The notes below the pieces were generated by a model. It searched no databases. It was not told where the DNA came from and worked only from the letters and a program-made list of their open reading frames with translations. Below are positions 11,614-25,800 of a stretch of 64,000 nucleotides of DNA, one piece after another (the stretch's first letter is position 1; each line of letters starts with the position of its first letter). Both the position numbers and the translations under genes were made by a program. This stretch comes from Selaginella moellendorffii (taxonomy: Eukaryota > Plantae > Lycopodiophyta), in assembly GCF_000143415.4 (NCBI RefSeq), contig NW_003314379.1, positions 124,001-188,000 of the forward strand, read 5' to 3'.

Positions 11614-12065
11614 TAAGCACGAAGGACATGCCGACGTGCTTCGTTGGGCGGCTGTGATTCGGGCCCATGGTCGTTGACTTTGTTCTCGACCGTCCAGATT
11701 TGGGATCTTCTTTGATATTGTAGAACCTGGATGTTACATTGTAACTTGCTGCTGGCCACAATGCAAATATATTCCAAATGCGAATAGAAACTTTAGCTCA
11801 ATGTTTCAGTGACATCCTCAAAAGAGTATATTTTTGTTTGATGCGAGTATTGGTGGTGTTTCACTAGCAAAGATAGAAGAAAAAAGAAGAACTCGATGTT
11901 GTGCGTGCCACCAACACGGCCAAGTTGACAAAAACTCCACCATCCAGCTACATATGTTTCGAAAAAAAAGTCGCCATTGTCTTGAGAGATCGCTGTACAT
12001 TTTTTCCCTGATCGTGATTATTGTCGCACACTAAGCGCTCGTCGAGACCGCTTTGCCTTCGAAGC

Positions 12066-13813
12066 CTAGAAGAGCGCAAGGATCTTCGCGGTGGAGAAGG
12101 CGAGCAGTGTAGTTATCAAAACCAAGCCGGATCTGAGCTGCGAGCTTGCACTGGGTAGCCAAGGATACAAGTCTGGATCCGGCAGGACGCACTCGTCTCC
12201 GTTGAAGAGCACCCTGTGAGGAAAAGCCCATCCCTTGCTGAAAGTGAAAGCATCGCCCTTTTGTAAGAGGACCTCCGACTGGACGTTTCCCATTTCCCCG
12301 GCTTGCATGAGCATGTCGTTGTAGAATTTGATCCCCCAAAACATTGCCGTGTCATCTGTGATTGAAGTTAGAACATCTTTGTGATTCTAGCATAGCTCCA
12401 TTCACTTACTGATTGATCCATAGGCTTGCAGTGGCCTGTACGTAAAGCTGAATGCCTCGGTCAAGTTGTTGAAATTGGGATGCTGGACAACCAAATTCCA
12501 CTGCGTGTAGTTCTTGACGTGACGGTTTGTGATTGTGACTTTGGCTCGCCAGTAGTCCTTGTAGTTGATTTTGACGTGCCAGTGGATCTTGATCGGGCAC
12601 ATATCGGACGAGCAGAAGAGCTGTGGATGTAGCGGCTGGTTTTTGGTGATGGAAGAGCTGGAGGTAGCGCCAATGCCCGTGGAGACCACGGGAGGTAAAT
12701 AGCTGTCATCGCTGTCACAAAGGAAAAAAACACAAGAGATGAGATACAATCGATTGATTGCTAGGACGGACAAAGTGACTTACGGATCAAAGCACATTGG
12801 AACTCTAGGCTGAGCTGACTGTGTGACATTCGGCTTGCAATTGCACGCACAGTTTTGGCAAGGAACAATCTTCTCGTTGTAAAAGGACGAGAAGGAAACG
12901 CAGCACGTCGGAGCCCTCTGTGCCAGGTACTGGGAGTACGAGCAAGTTATGTTCCAAGTCACTGCGCCACCACCAAAGTTCGTAAGCGAGCAAGCAAAAG
13001 AAACGAAAGAAGCAAAGAAAGAGTGACTCACTTAGAGCTTGTGTGTGTCTCCGACCATCCGCGGATGGAAACAAGCTGGCTTTCACCTTCTTAGCCGGAC
13101 CGCAAGTGTATCCCGGGCCGGGTGTCCGAATCGTAAAGTTCTTTGGAAGCTGGACGGTGGTGTTGGAAGTCCCAGCTTGGCCGACGATAACTTGAAAGGA
13201 TGCCACAGACATGGTCGGGTCCTGCGCCAGCGATCCCAAAACTCCTCCTCTACAGCAATTGGCGACTTGCATACTGTAAGGCACCCCGGGAAGAAGGTCC
13301 ACGACGGTGGGATCGCGCTTGCAGCAGTGAGGGATGTTTCCCTTGAATTTGGAGCAGTCGCCCTGCATCGTTGCTTGCGCTCCCTGCATTCCCCAAATCA
13401 CTTCCTTCTTGGCCCAAGTCCATCCCAGTGTCCATCCGGGCGTCTCGATGTGGCGGTATTGCTGGTAGTTGTACATGGTCACCAGTGCCTAGAGAAGAAG
13501 AAATCCCGGGTTACAGGCCGTGAAAGGGAGAAAGAGCTCGAAATTTCGGAAGAAATGTGTGTGGAAGAGAGGGATCCCGAGAACTTACGACATAGCCATC
13601 CGCGGACCAGCTCATTACATCCCACTTGATCGTGATGTTGCCGTTTGGATCCAGGGGATCGAAAGACTCTGCGCAAGAACACGGCATGGAGGAGCATTGC
13701 TCCATCTCTCACCCAAAGATCCATGGATTTTTTTTCTTACCGGCTGGATGCGGCATCCAGAGGAGCAGCGCCAGGGCTAGAATGGCGATGTGGAGCTCCA
13801 TTCGCGTCCACAT
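12066..13813 (-). CDS. COBRA-like GPI-anchored cell-wall protein (multi-exon)
   Basis: Signal peptide, DPLDPNGNITIKWDV, WTLGWTWAKKEVIW, CCVS motif, CPIKIHWHVKINYKDYWRAK, FWGIKFYND, GWAFPHRVLFNGDECV, hydrophobic GPI tail. Confidence 0.93.
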
Positions 13814-14194
13814 TGCCAGATCTGGGAGGAGTGCCGCCATAGCCGAGCCAGAGGAAGAATGCCTGCCCTGCAAACCCCCAAAATTTTTCCACCAAAGCAG
13901 CCTTATGTTTTAAAAACTTAATACCTCTCAAGATTCTATTTAACACAAAGCTTGCGGGTGGAATATTCGACGAGCTACCGGCTACCGGCCGGTTGGTGAG
14001 CTGTTGCTGTGACGTGCCAGCGGACGCACGACGAGCGCAGGATATTCCCATGGCTCCTTGGCGAAGCTTCCCTTCGCTAATAAAACACGTTATTATCAGC
14101 AAGATTATACTAGAGAGATTGGACAAAAATGTCTAGCCATCAATCAATTTCACTGCACCGACATTATAGTTTTACATAAACTGCGATTTCTATG

Positions 14195-15972
14195 CTAAAG
14201 CTTGAGCTTGAATTTCTTTGGAGGATACGTATAGGCCTCGTAGTTGATGCTTTGGCCCAGGATGCTCAGCCTTGTAAAAGCGCCGATCAAATCCACCTGA
14301 GCAATAGATTGTTAAGTTATATCTTCCGGAAAAACTTTGTCGAGATGATCTTACCTCGTAGTCTGTTTGCGATACAGTCTCTCTACTGTCTTGATACTTC
14401 TTCACCCATCGTGCTAATTCACTGTCTTGTGCAAGTTTCGCGTCCATGGCCGCTTGATCTGTGCCGAGAAACGCTGACAATACTGCAACCTGATAAGCAG
14501 AGCTAGCACGCTATCAAAAACTTCGAATGAAAAGATTTCTACGTGAAAGCTACCTGTCTTGGTCCCAAGCCGACTTTGGAGAATCTGTTCGTGATCTCTG
14601 CTATTGGAGCTTCTTCCCACAAAAGAACTCGGCCTTCGGGATCCGGTTCTGGTTTATCCGAGCGCCCGAATTGCTTGTCGAAAAATCCCCACTAAAAGTT
14701 TACAAAGAACAATGTTATCAGCGTCGGGGACAGCATTTTCATTATTTCATACCTGACCATTTGATCCATAGGCATTGTAGAGAAAATTGCCCTTCTCTTC
14801 GTTACCACCACACTTTTTGATAGCGGCATCCAAGAACGTTCTCTTTGCCGCAGCTTGTCCTGTGGAGAAGAAACATGTTCACGGACTTGAACGAAGAAAA
14901 AAAAAAGATTTTTCTTGCCTCCGATTTGAATAAGATCGGCCCATGAGATTGGTCCTCCTTTGGATTCTTCATCGATCTCTTTCTTGAGCCCCTCGAGAAA
15001 CGTTACCGCCGAGTCGAGCTTCACGTTTTCAGGTCTTTTCAACTCCTCGCTACAGAATTTAAAGCCTCAGTATGAATGGAACGAAAGAAATCCTGTAAAC
15101 TTGATCACCTCAGACGTATGGAACCATTCGGACCTCCTGTTTTGGTTTCCTGTTGACGAGCCAGCCAGCGTGAGCTACCCACGAAGAAAAAGAAAGAGAA
15201 AACCATTGTCTCGATCATACCTTATCATAAGTTATCGCGTCATTCAACGCAAGCCGCAGAAGAAAAGGAACAAGTTCCGGATTTTCCTGTAAGCACAAAC
15301 TGACATTCCAAGTTGCACGAAACTGATTATAACCAGAAAGAACACCTTGATCGCCTTCGCTAGCTTCACTTTGATTTTTCCTGTACACTCACAAAGGGGT
15401 AGGATTCAGGAAAATTTTGTCTCACTCACCGAGAAAATCGGCACGCTGTGATCTTTGAATTAGATCCGCTGCCATGGCATTGTCTGTCGATGCAATCCCA
15501 TTCCAGGAGCCAAACTATCAGCAAAAGTAAAAGTGCTGCTAAAAAATCAGGCAAAGAAACTCAATGGCCGGCCGGAAGTTCTTACTGCCAGACTTGTAGA
15601 TGACAATCCCACAAGAGCCTCTCTCCGGCTCACATGAATGTGAAACTTATCACTAAGCTGGCATGTAGACGAGACCACCTGCGAAGAAAAGCCATCTACA
15701 TTGTCAGCTATGGTCGAACGAACGGAGTAAACCCAACACTACCTGACGAGAACTCGAGCACCTGGTCCTGTGCGAGAGAGAGGAGACGCCTCTCAGAGTT
15801 GAATCCATAGAAATCGCCGAGGAAACAAACGTGGAGCCCCGTGACGCCATATATCTCTTTCTCTGTAGGTAACTCGCCACAAACTCCGTCAGTCAAAAGC
15901 ATATCCAAGAGATGAAAGAGAAGTGCTACTTATCGAGAACTGTCTGGCGAGCCAAAGCTCGAGCTTCTCCAT
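14195..15972 (-). CDS. TL29: Thylakoid lumenal 29 kDa protein (APX4-like, multi-exon)
   Basis: AADLIQRSQRADF, LLRLALNDAITYDK, TGGPNGSIR, KKEIDEESKGGPISWADLIQ, SRETVSQTDYEVD, INYEAYTYP. Start codon is tentative. Confidence 0.85.
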
Positions 15973-16004
15973 TTTTTTTGCCGAAAAAAACCTGAGACTA
16001 CTCA

Positions 16005-17474
16005 CTACTGCCAGTCCCAAGCGCAGGGAGTGTCATGGAGGTGCATCTCTTTGCACCAGTGCTCCGTGATCTTGTAGGGAGCCTCGGATCTAACTCTGGT
16101 TTCCCAGGAGCGCCACAACATGTCACACTTCTTCGCCAGTCCAAACCGAACGGGGTGAAGCTTGACACGTCCCGGAAAAGCTTGCAGGAGCTCCCCAAAC
16201 GCGGCAGGGAGTTGCGGCCGAAAAACAGCGGGCTCGCCCTCGAAAACGAAGCCTTCCAGCTCGAGCATCGTCACGCAATCGTTGGTTCTCATGAGCTTCC
16301 ACAGAAAATCTATCTCGTCGCTCTCCCAGGTGACACCACTGCTAGTGTAAATCGACTCGATGTGGACAACTAATGGCGTGTGCCTCCACCTCCAATACTC
16401 CAGGCCCAGTACCTACAAGAACACGATGATAAGTTGGCAACCAATCAAGAAAGGTAGAAAGGTCACCTTGATTGTTCTATGAGCGACTCGTAAAACTTCG
16501 AGGCCCTGGAACCTCTCCAAAAAGACTGCGAGGTTGATGCAGCGAGGATGGAACTCGTTAGCGCTCGTGACGAGCAGGCTCAGGCTCAGTTCCTTGATGC
16601 CTTCCACTCTCGATGGGAATGGCGCAAGACGCTGCATAACATTCTCGGGGCTGCGGAAGGACGGAGAGATGGTGAGCGACTTGAGCTTGCGCAACGAGTG
16701 GCACAGCCCCCGGTGGCGCACACCTCCATCCAAGAGCACCCACTCGACGTTGCATGTAGCGCTCTGGAGTTCCACGCACGGCACGGCGCTGACCAAGAGC
16801 CACCGGAGCTTGGGCATGTCGATGGCGAGAGAAAAGATGGCAGCAGCGCTGCCACCGCAAGTGGAGATCTCCAGGCAGTCGAGGCTGTGGCTCTTGAGAA
16901 GGTATGTCCGAGGCCGCGTCGCGACGACCGTTCTCACGCGCAAGAACACGAGTGAGGGGCAGTGCTCGAGGAGCCGACTCACCCCAGAAGCACGACATCT
17001 TGCAACAGTGCAATAGAGGAGATTGGGTAGCAGTGGCGGAGCCAAGGTTGGAAGCTTGGTGCTAATGCTGGCGTGGATGTGAAGGCATTGCAGCTGCTGG
17101 CATGTGGAGATGCTGGACCAGAAGCCCTCAAACGTTTGCTTGGGAATGCCATGGATGGTGAGTGAGTGGAGAGTTCTCCCGATCACTTGTAGCCAGCGAG
17201 TGGGGCTGATATTATCTGCGTCACACAGGAGTCGCTTGATTTCCAAGAAGCGGAGGTTGCTGCCATGATCTGGATGGAACCAGCGAATGAACCCTTCCTC
17301 GGTAGCAAAATTTAATGAATTTAAGCAGAAGTGAGTGACACGCCTTGCCAAATCCTTCCACCTCTTGTTTACCAGAGCACAGTAATGCAAGTGACGCGAG
17401 GAAAGTAACCACGACATGATCTGCAATAGCAACTCATCCGGGAGATCGTCCAAACACCTCCGACTTTGTGCCAT
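16005..17474 (-). CDS. F-box/LRR-type protein, two exons (intron ~16413-16467)
   Basis: N-terminal F-box LDDLPDELLLQIMSWL...CALVNKRWKDL followed by Leu-rich L..L.I repeats; exon 2 runs in frame to ...CAWDWQ*. Confidence 0.8.
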
Positions 17475-17772
17475 AGATGTCTCTGCCCTAACCCTAACGC
17501 AGGGTGGAAAAAGTTAGTAAAATGGTAAAGGTAAAACAAAAAGATAAATCTTTTATCTTTATCAACTTCACCTTGTTTCACCTTTTACCATTTTACGGTG
17601 GGATCGACATGAGAATTACGACGTTGAAGCTTAAATGCGTCCATCAGGGTCGATCAAAATATAATATAGAACTCGAAACATTAAACAGGAAATATCAACC
17701 GTTAGATTAAATATACGTAAACTAAACATTCTCCGTACAGTACATACTTAAGAATATTCGATTGAACCTCTA

Positions 17773-18758
17773 TCAATACAAGCACAAACGAAGCCTGCCT
17801 TCCACAACACCGTTGTGAAAATGGAGCCTGTAGAGCTCCCAAAGTTCTTTTCTGTATAGAACGCATTGAGCATACATAAATGTAAGAGCACGCACACACA
17901 CACACACACAAACCTGACTTGAGGAACTGTGAAGAGCGTCAATCCTTTGGCATCCTTGTGCATGTCAAAGACGAGCAAGGAGAGCCGTGAAAGCCCCAGA
18001 GCGCCAATGTCGATCAGCTTCTTGAGCCTGAGAACAAAGGAAAGGAATTCTAATCACAAGAAAGAGCTTGTTTGCACAAAAAAAAGGAAGAGACTGACCG
18101 GCTCGGTGTCCCTGCGGCAATATTGACTCGTTGTTTCAGCGCTGAGACTTGCTCTTCCACCTTCAAGTGCTTCGCGAAAAGCTTCCCAGGCTTGCATTCT
18201 TTTGTCAAACTGGCCAAGTTCCTGGAAGGATTCGAGCAAAACCAAGTTACATAAGAAAGAAACAACGCAAGACATACATACTTGAGAAGACTGACACAGC
18301 GTACTGCGGAACTGCTCACAATGAGAACAATCGGGCTTCCTGGCTCCAAATCTCCAAGAGCTCCACTGCACAGAGAGCTCTCCCACGAAGATCCAACAAT
18401 GCCTTTGATAACCGAGGCCAGGTTCTCAATGCAGTGATCCTGATTGCTGGGGATCTCAACCATCGCATCGTCTACAAGAAAAGCTAATCAGAAGCTAATA
18501 AGAAGGAAAAGGAAAGAATGGCTTGGTTGGCCTACCTGGGAGAGCCCCCATCTCCAGAGAAGACAAGACGCTACTGTGAACTGCTCGAAATGTGGAGAAG
18601 AACCAGGACGATTGATCCCGAGGTGATTTGAACTGGATATCGTTTCTATCTACCGGCGCCGCTGCTGCTTTTGATGGAGCATTGGATTTTTTCGTGATCT
18701 TCGACTTGGTAGCGACGCCGATCGGCCGGTGCTCTCGCCTCTTCTTCGTCTTCTTCAT
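17773..18758 (-). CDS. CMSS1: Cms1/CMSS1 ribosomal small-subunit biogenesis protein (multi-exon)
   Basis: GSPIVLIVSSSAVRC, KLFAKHLKVEEQV...IAAGTPSR, LKKLID.GAL.LSRL.LLVFDMHKDAKG. Confidence 0.8.
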
Positions 18759-18924
18759 CCCTGGAATATTTTTGCCCTAGAAAACAGACGTTACCCTTGT
18801 TGACGTGGCAACATCATAGCGGGTGTATAGAGCTTAAATCTACGACTCACTATCTGCCACGTGTCCTAGAAATAGGGCTCTTGTTGGGATTTAGGGTTCT
18901 CTGGTCAAGGGGATTTATTGGGCG

Positions 18925-20277
18925 ATGGAATCACGGCAAGTGAGCGTCTCGTCACTGCAATTTGCTTGCAGTGATCGCGCCGATGAGAATGTCGCTACTG
19001 CTGAGAGGTAATTGAATACGTGCGTCTCGCTTGAATCGCATTTTCTATGATGGTAATATCAGGCTCGTTAGGGAAGCGCATTCGCGAGGAGCAAATATCA
19101 TCCTTATCCAGGTACTGTGAAGCGTTTAATGCGTTGCGAGGATTTATGCTGTGAATTTTTTTTGGATCAGGAGCTCTTCGAGGGATACTACTTTTGCCAG
19201 GCGCAAAGAGAGGACTTCCTTTTGCGTTCCAAGCCGCGAGAAGGCCATCCAACAATCCAAAGGTTTTTTTTCCTTGTGCTAGGATTTTTGGAGAAGGAAG
19301 TTTCGGTTTTCCAGGATGAAGGAGCTGGCGAAAGAACTCGGAGTTGTGATTCCTGTTAGCTTCTTCGAGGAGGCAAACAATGCACACTATAACTCTATTG
19401 TTATCATAGATGCCGATGGAACGGACCTTGGGCTCTACCGAAAATCTCACATTCCCGACGGCCCAGGTATGCATGAATCAATTTGTTTCACAAAATCGTT
19501 TCATCTTTCGCCTTGTGCAGGATATCAAGAAAAGTTTTATTTCAACCCCGGAGACACAGGCTTCAAGGTCTGTTTCTCTCCTCCACTTCTCGTAACTCCG
19601 TTTTAAAAACTTTGGAAAGAGAACAGGTTTTCGATACCAAGTTTGCTAGAATTGGTGTGGGTAAGTGACTGACTGACATTTGGGATTTGTCTGACGCTAG
19701 TTTCTGGGTGTGAGAAGCTATTTGTTGGGATCAATGGTTTCCAGAAGCAGCGAGAGCCATGGCTTTGATGGGAGCCGAGGTGCTGTTTTACCCAACAGCC
19801 ATCGGTTCCGAGCCGCAAGACTCGGGCCTAGATTCACGAGAACACTGGCAGCGAGTGATGCAAGGACACGCTGGAGCCAATGTGGTACTACACTACGCTG
19901 CTCTCTCACTTTTCTTTCATTCGATTTGCTGTTTTTCACGAAGCAAACTCTTTGCAGATACCGCTTGTTGCCTCGAACCGAATCGGAGTGGAAGTTGTAG
20001 AAACCGAGCACGGAGCCAGCAAGATAACATTCTACGGGCATTCCTTCATTGCGGGTAAGAGATTCTTCCTTCGTGTTTTTTCCCTTGCCCACGGCTGGAA
20101 CTTATTGCAGGACCAACCGGAGAGATTGTGGCAGAGGCCGATGACAAAAACGAAGCGGTTCTCGTGGCGAAGTTCGATCTAAATCAGATCAAGCTCAAGC
20201 GCCAGAGCTGGGGAGTTTTCAGAGACAGGAGGCCGGATTTGTACAAGGTGCTTTTAACGCTGGATGGTAAAGTTTAG
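18925..20277 (+). CDS. NLP1: N-carbamoylputrescine amidase (nitrilase family, multi-exon)
   Basis: GANIILIQELFEGYYFCQ, YRKSHIPDGPGYQEKFYFNPGDTGFKVF, ICWDQWFPEAARAMALMGAEVLFYPTAIGSEPQD, WGVFRDRRPDLYKVLLTLDG. Confidence 0.95.
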
Positions 20278-20294
20278 AACGCATGCTCTCGAAA

Positions 20295-22800
20295 TATTCA
20301 TGGAACCGATGTTTTAATTCATTAGAATTAGAGAATCCTATGAATAAATGAATTCCCAACATTGTACTATTAATAAATCATCCCACATACTAATATAGTA
20401 GAAATAAAAAAAGAAAGAATACCACCAAGAGGAGATTCAAGCGTGACCCCTTTCACAAGTAGGTGAAGCTTTTCATGGTTCACCTGGAAAGCTAAGTGGT
20501 CATTTTTAAGGTCCAAAAGTTTTACTGCTACAAACTTCTTCTAAACCTGTGGTGGTGTCAAACTATAGTTCCAGCTTGATTGTCTTCAAATATCCTAAAA
20601 CAGATTGAATGAAGATAACAGTCCAAGATCAGTTCTCTAGTTGGTGAATAGGACCCATCTTTCTTTGCTCCAGGAGAATTGGGAGTATCTGTCAATGCCT
20701 TGTTCATCCACAAATTTTATAAACATCACACTCTTTTCTCTTCCCTGAAGAACATATGTCCTCAGTCAGTGGAGCTTGATAAGACGGAAACAATTAATCA
20801 AGAAGGTGATTTGGTGCTTAGTGCAATAGTTAGCATAAATGGGTGTTACAATTTAGATAAATTTGAGAGCAAGTTTACAATAATTATTTCTTAGAATAGT
20901 CCCCCATCCAGAATTCCAGTGGATGTATAGCGTGCCACATCTCATACACATGAGGTGGTGATAAGATGCCTTTAGATGATCACATTTGCAAAAGGCTGTG
21001 CAGCACAAACAAAAGAAATCATGGTATATATCTAGCATACAAGTAGTGGAAGCTCTATCTATCCCAAGAACTTTTATTTCTAGATTTTTCATGAAGAACT
21101 TTTGCTAGGAAGAAGTCCCAAATATTAATGGGACTTAGTAGATGGGCCTTCAAGCCAGTGGTGTACTTAGTGAATTAACTTTAATATGGTTATGGTAAAT
21201 TATTATGGTTAGAATCACAGGATTTGAGGATAAAAAAGCTCTATGATTATAAATTAAAATATTTAATAAAAAAGAATGTTCGTAGAATATTCTTAAACAC
21301 TATAATAGCTTTGCTTAATTGGCAAACAAAAAATGGCAATTTGAAGATGCTAACAAAAGTTACATTGACAAATGAGGTTTTGTGCAATAGATTATTATAG
21401 TTGCCAAACAAAGTTTTAGGAACAAGATTGATCATTTTATCATTAGGTTTAAGAATATGCTAGATAATAAAAAATTTAAATAATGATTGCTAAAATGATA
21501 TATTAGAAATTAAAATAATATAGAATATAATTATATAAAACATTATTATTTTTACAATTTTAGTTAAATTAAAATAATAATTTATTAAATTTTTTTACTA
21601 TAGTATAGCTCCATTTATTAAGGATACTGCCACAAAACATTGATGCATTATATTTTTAAAAACCATTAAAATAAAAGAAAAAAATTATTGAATGTCTATA
21701 GTAGATAAAAATTAATATAAAATTATCCCAAATTTATAGAATTGCTACAAGTGGAGCACTAAAAAGTATATATTTTTAATAATTTACTTAAATAATACGT
21801 TATGATTTATAATTAGGTATTAATGTTTTTTGTTCTTAATTAAAATTTTAGCTAAGATATGCTGGCTTTTAAAAACTCTTTAGTTTTCATATTTATATTT
21901 TTAAGTATTTATTCATGCTTTAGTATAAAAGTATTTATTTTTAATAGAGTAGGTGATGAACTTGAGCTTCATTGTAAATCAAAAGATGATGATTTAGGAA
22001 TACAATTTATTAAAGATGGATCAAACTTCATGTTTGAATTTAACACAAGATGGCTTGGATATACTTTATTTTGGTGTGATATAAAATTTAAAGGGGAAAT
22101 ACATGGAAAATTTAATGCTTATGAGCAAGGATCACATGAAGATTATGAAAAATCTGAAAAAATAGAGTGGTATATATTTGGATATGCAATTTTTGAAACT
22201 CATACAATTTATTATAAAGATCAATGGTCTTTGCCAATAAGAAGGTATAATGTTATCTAAATATGAAAAGACAAAAAATAAAGTGATTTAATTTTTCTTT
22301 CAATTCTTCAAAACTATTTTGTACGAGATATGAAAATTTATAGAATTATTAAGAAACATAAAGTTTAATTTTCTTATCAAAATTTTATAAATAAAAATCT
22401 ATTTTAACTTATAATACTTATAAATAATATTCTCTTAATCAATTAGGACCAACCTTTGAATATTTATTATGATTAAACTTTAAAATATTTTAATTTTTCA
22501 AATAGATTATACCACAACTTTATGTTTAAGAAGAACATTATTATTTACAATTCTCTATATCTACTATTAAATAATTTTTAATTTTACAAAAAAAGGTAAT
22601 AAATATTTTAAGACTCTTCTCTAAGTATCAGTTAAAATTTATGATTATAAGCTAATATTTTTTATTAATAGGTAATATAATAATCTACTCTATAAATCTC
22701 TATTAAATAAGAGAAAATTCTAAAATAGAAATTAGTCGATAATATTTTCTATATGTAAATTGTTCAAAATTAATAACTTTTGAAAATTATTCAGTTGTGT
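20295..22800. repeat. AT-rich duplicated cassette, copy 1 (copy 2 at ~53263-55933)
   Basis: Both copies start TATTCATGGAA..ATGTTTTAATTCATTAGAATTAGAGAATCCTATGAATA and stay colinear, with indels, to ...TTCAGTTGTG. Confidence 0.85.
21859..22260 (+). CDS. S-protein homologue (plant self-incompatibility S1/SPH family), secreted, intronless; copy 1
   Basis: Signal peptide followed by V.I.N...L.LHCKSKDDDLG...F.FEF...TLFWC...IEWYI, the SPH signature. Confidence 0.88.
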   Translation: MLAFKNSLVFIFIFLSIYSCFSIKVFIFNRVGDELELHCKSKDDDLGIQFIKDGSNFMFEFNTRWLGYTLFWCDIKFKGEIHGKFNAYEQGSHEDYEKSEKIEWYIFGYAIFETHTIYYKDQWSLPIRRYNVI

Positions 22801-25800
22801 ATAAAAAATTAATCTTAATTTTGTGAGGTCCAAGTGTACAACTACGATACCATTTACTAATATTAGTGTAATAGAAATTTTGGTAGCTATCGGATTGATT
22901 TCCATTCTATCTACTCGCTATTATACTAGGGTTTTTGGGCTAATTGATATGCATATTTTCTATATTCCCTTTCTATATTTCATGCACTCACATCGGTAAA
23001 GATGAGGGGCACTTTTAATTGTCCCTAAGAAGTGTTTGGATTTTGGATTTTGGTTTAGATTTATCTTTTTCCATTTCCTTTGTTTTGTTTGTTCTTTTTG
23101 GGATTTTGGTTTAAATTTAACTTTTGTAGTGTTTAAATCTCCTTTTTCTCCTAGCTTTTTTTTATTTATCTTCTTTTGTTCTTTCCTTTTCGTTCATCTT
23201 TATGGCAGGTCAACAATCTCCTCCTCCTTTGACTCTAGAATAGTAGTTGGTACAATTGCTTGATGCTATGCGATTGCAATTGAACAATGAAACTCAGTTG
23301 ATGGTGGCATTTACGGCATGTGGTATAGCTCCTCCTGCTCTTGGTGCTAATCCTCGCGTTCGACCAGAGTTCTTCTATAGGAATCTTATGGATGGTTTAA
23401 TCACTTCACGATGATTGCTATATATCATTCTTGGGATGATACTCAACGTTTGTGTGAGTTTCCCATGTGTCTCCAAGGAATGACATTGCAATGGTGTAGC
23501 ACATATGGTTTTTACCCTTTACTCTATGGTGATTTACCATAAGAAAACACCATGAAGCGGAACCTAAACCCTTCATGTGCCACATGTTATATACCACATG
23601 TCACATGCCATGTGTCCATAGGACAATGGTGTGGAACTCGAGGTTCAAGGCCTTGGGCCACTAAACAAAGGAACGGTTCCAAACTCCCAAACATGGAGCC
23701 AAGGAGTGGCGGAACCAGACTATGGAGCAACTCTTGAGCATATAGCCCAAGGAGCAAAAAGACAGGAGCCCGAAGCAACTTGGAACAGTCTTAGAATAAC
23801 CAGCATCCCAATGCCAATACCAATACACAAAATGAAGCCAAATGAAGTTTGGCGCTATTTCGGCAAACCGGTGGCCTAACACAAAGGCTTTTACCCTAAG
23901 CCACCTTTAGTACCAGGAGTTAGTCTCTAGGACAAACTCAAAACTTACTAAATATGGAATGTCTTTAGATTGTGAATTTGGATATGGGACAAACACTATT
24001 GTGTTAAGGACAATCTCTACATTCCGTATATATGCCAAATGAGTAAATCTGGACGCTTTCCATAAATAGTATTTGGTACTGAAATGAGACTAACACAAAA
24101 GGTATGATAGCAAGGGTGTTTAGCAGACACAGTAAACTATCTACTAGCGAATATTGAGGGACCAATCTCAATATTGCGAAAGTTCTTGATACTAGCAAGT
24201 GCAATACAATGACAGGAGTTTCTCAAACTAGGTCAAGTATGCTCAACAAGAAACATATAGGGTTCCTACCTTATGTTTATCTGATTTAAATGCACGGTCA
24301 TTGACCAATTTCTCAACTAGCTCAAGTGGGAATTGATAACAAACCTAGCAATACCAACCTTTTGCCGTCGTGGCAGTAAGGAAAGAATATTCAAAAGGAC
24401 TAGCTAACAGGTAACTTTCGATACCCGAAGTCACATTTGCGACACTCTCCCCCCCTTAGGGAAGATCGATGTTCTCGTTGATGCATACTCGAGTCTAGAA
24501 TACCGCCAAGGAAACAACTCCAGAAAAAGTTCACAGTATTCACACTATATGAGAAATGCACCAACTTAAATGAATTAGAAGGCAACTTGTTTGTTTAATG
24601 CGGATGTGCTACCACTCAGACACCTTCCGGCTGTCGCCGACAAGGAAATGACCAACGGAGTCAGCTACCCTTCTTGCTTTGAGTGTCACCCAGCTTACAA
24701 AAGTGTGATACACCCCTACCCACAAGGACATAGAGAGAGAAGCCAGAGGCCCCAACCTTCATGAGCAAAGAAACCAAACCCGTCGGTAAAGTTTAGATAG
24801 ACTACTGTAAACAGGCAATTAGAGTTGTTTACACCTTTGAACGAAATAAAGAACATCGACAGAGAGGCGGGTTATGTGACTAGTCGACAGTAGCTACCCC
24901 ATGACTAAAGATTTCACCATGCACACGAAGTGCCGAATCTAGTTTACCTATATTGGCCCAAACTCAAAGATCAATAGATGGACAATATCAAAGTCATAAA
25001 CAATGATATCTTAAAGACTTAATTATTAGTGATTAAATCTTAAATTAGAACACAAAAGTATTCGAAGGAATTTATCATCCGATAAACCAATATTATAGTA
25101 TAGGAACCAAGTCATCATAATTGGTAAACATAGAAATCACCATCCAACAAAATTCAATAACAAGTATATCACCAAGGAAACTCAAGGATGAAACTTAACT
25201 ACCGAAGATGGTAGACAGTATGCTAAACAACTTACTAAAGATAACTCAAAGAACACAAAATATCATTGATTGGCAAGCAAAATGCTCATGAATGTATCAC
25301 CCAAAGGAAATAACTTTCAAATCTATCAAAGCTAACTTGAGCAATAATCAATAGAATAGAATGGATATTGTATGGCCAACAAACACTCATTCATGTCAAT
25401 TATCACACTAGCCAATCTGAATAGATCCCAGTCAACAATACCAAGGAACCAGAGTTTCTCAAGCAAGCATCAACAACATCTTATTGATGTCTCAAACACA
25501 AGAGACCAATCCAAAGCAAACCACAAAGAACATATGGTAATGCAAAAAGCCATTAGCTATCAAAGAAAACAATTAACCATCATGAAAGATCATCAATCAT
25601 CTCATCAATAAAGAGATGCATAATCATCATCGAAGAAAACAATCCACCATCCCGAAGAACAGCAAATCATTCTAAATCAATAATAATCAAGCAAAGCCTG
25701 TGACAAAGATAATCAATTATCCTAGATGATAGTCAATCATCACTAATGATTGCTAGATGCAAAAGGCAACTTCAATATAAAAGTTATGGAACAATGAGCA

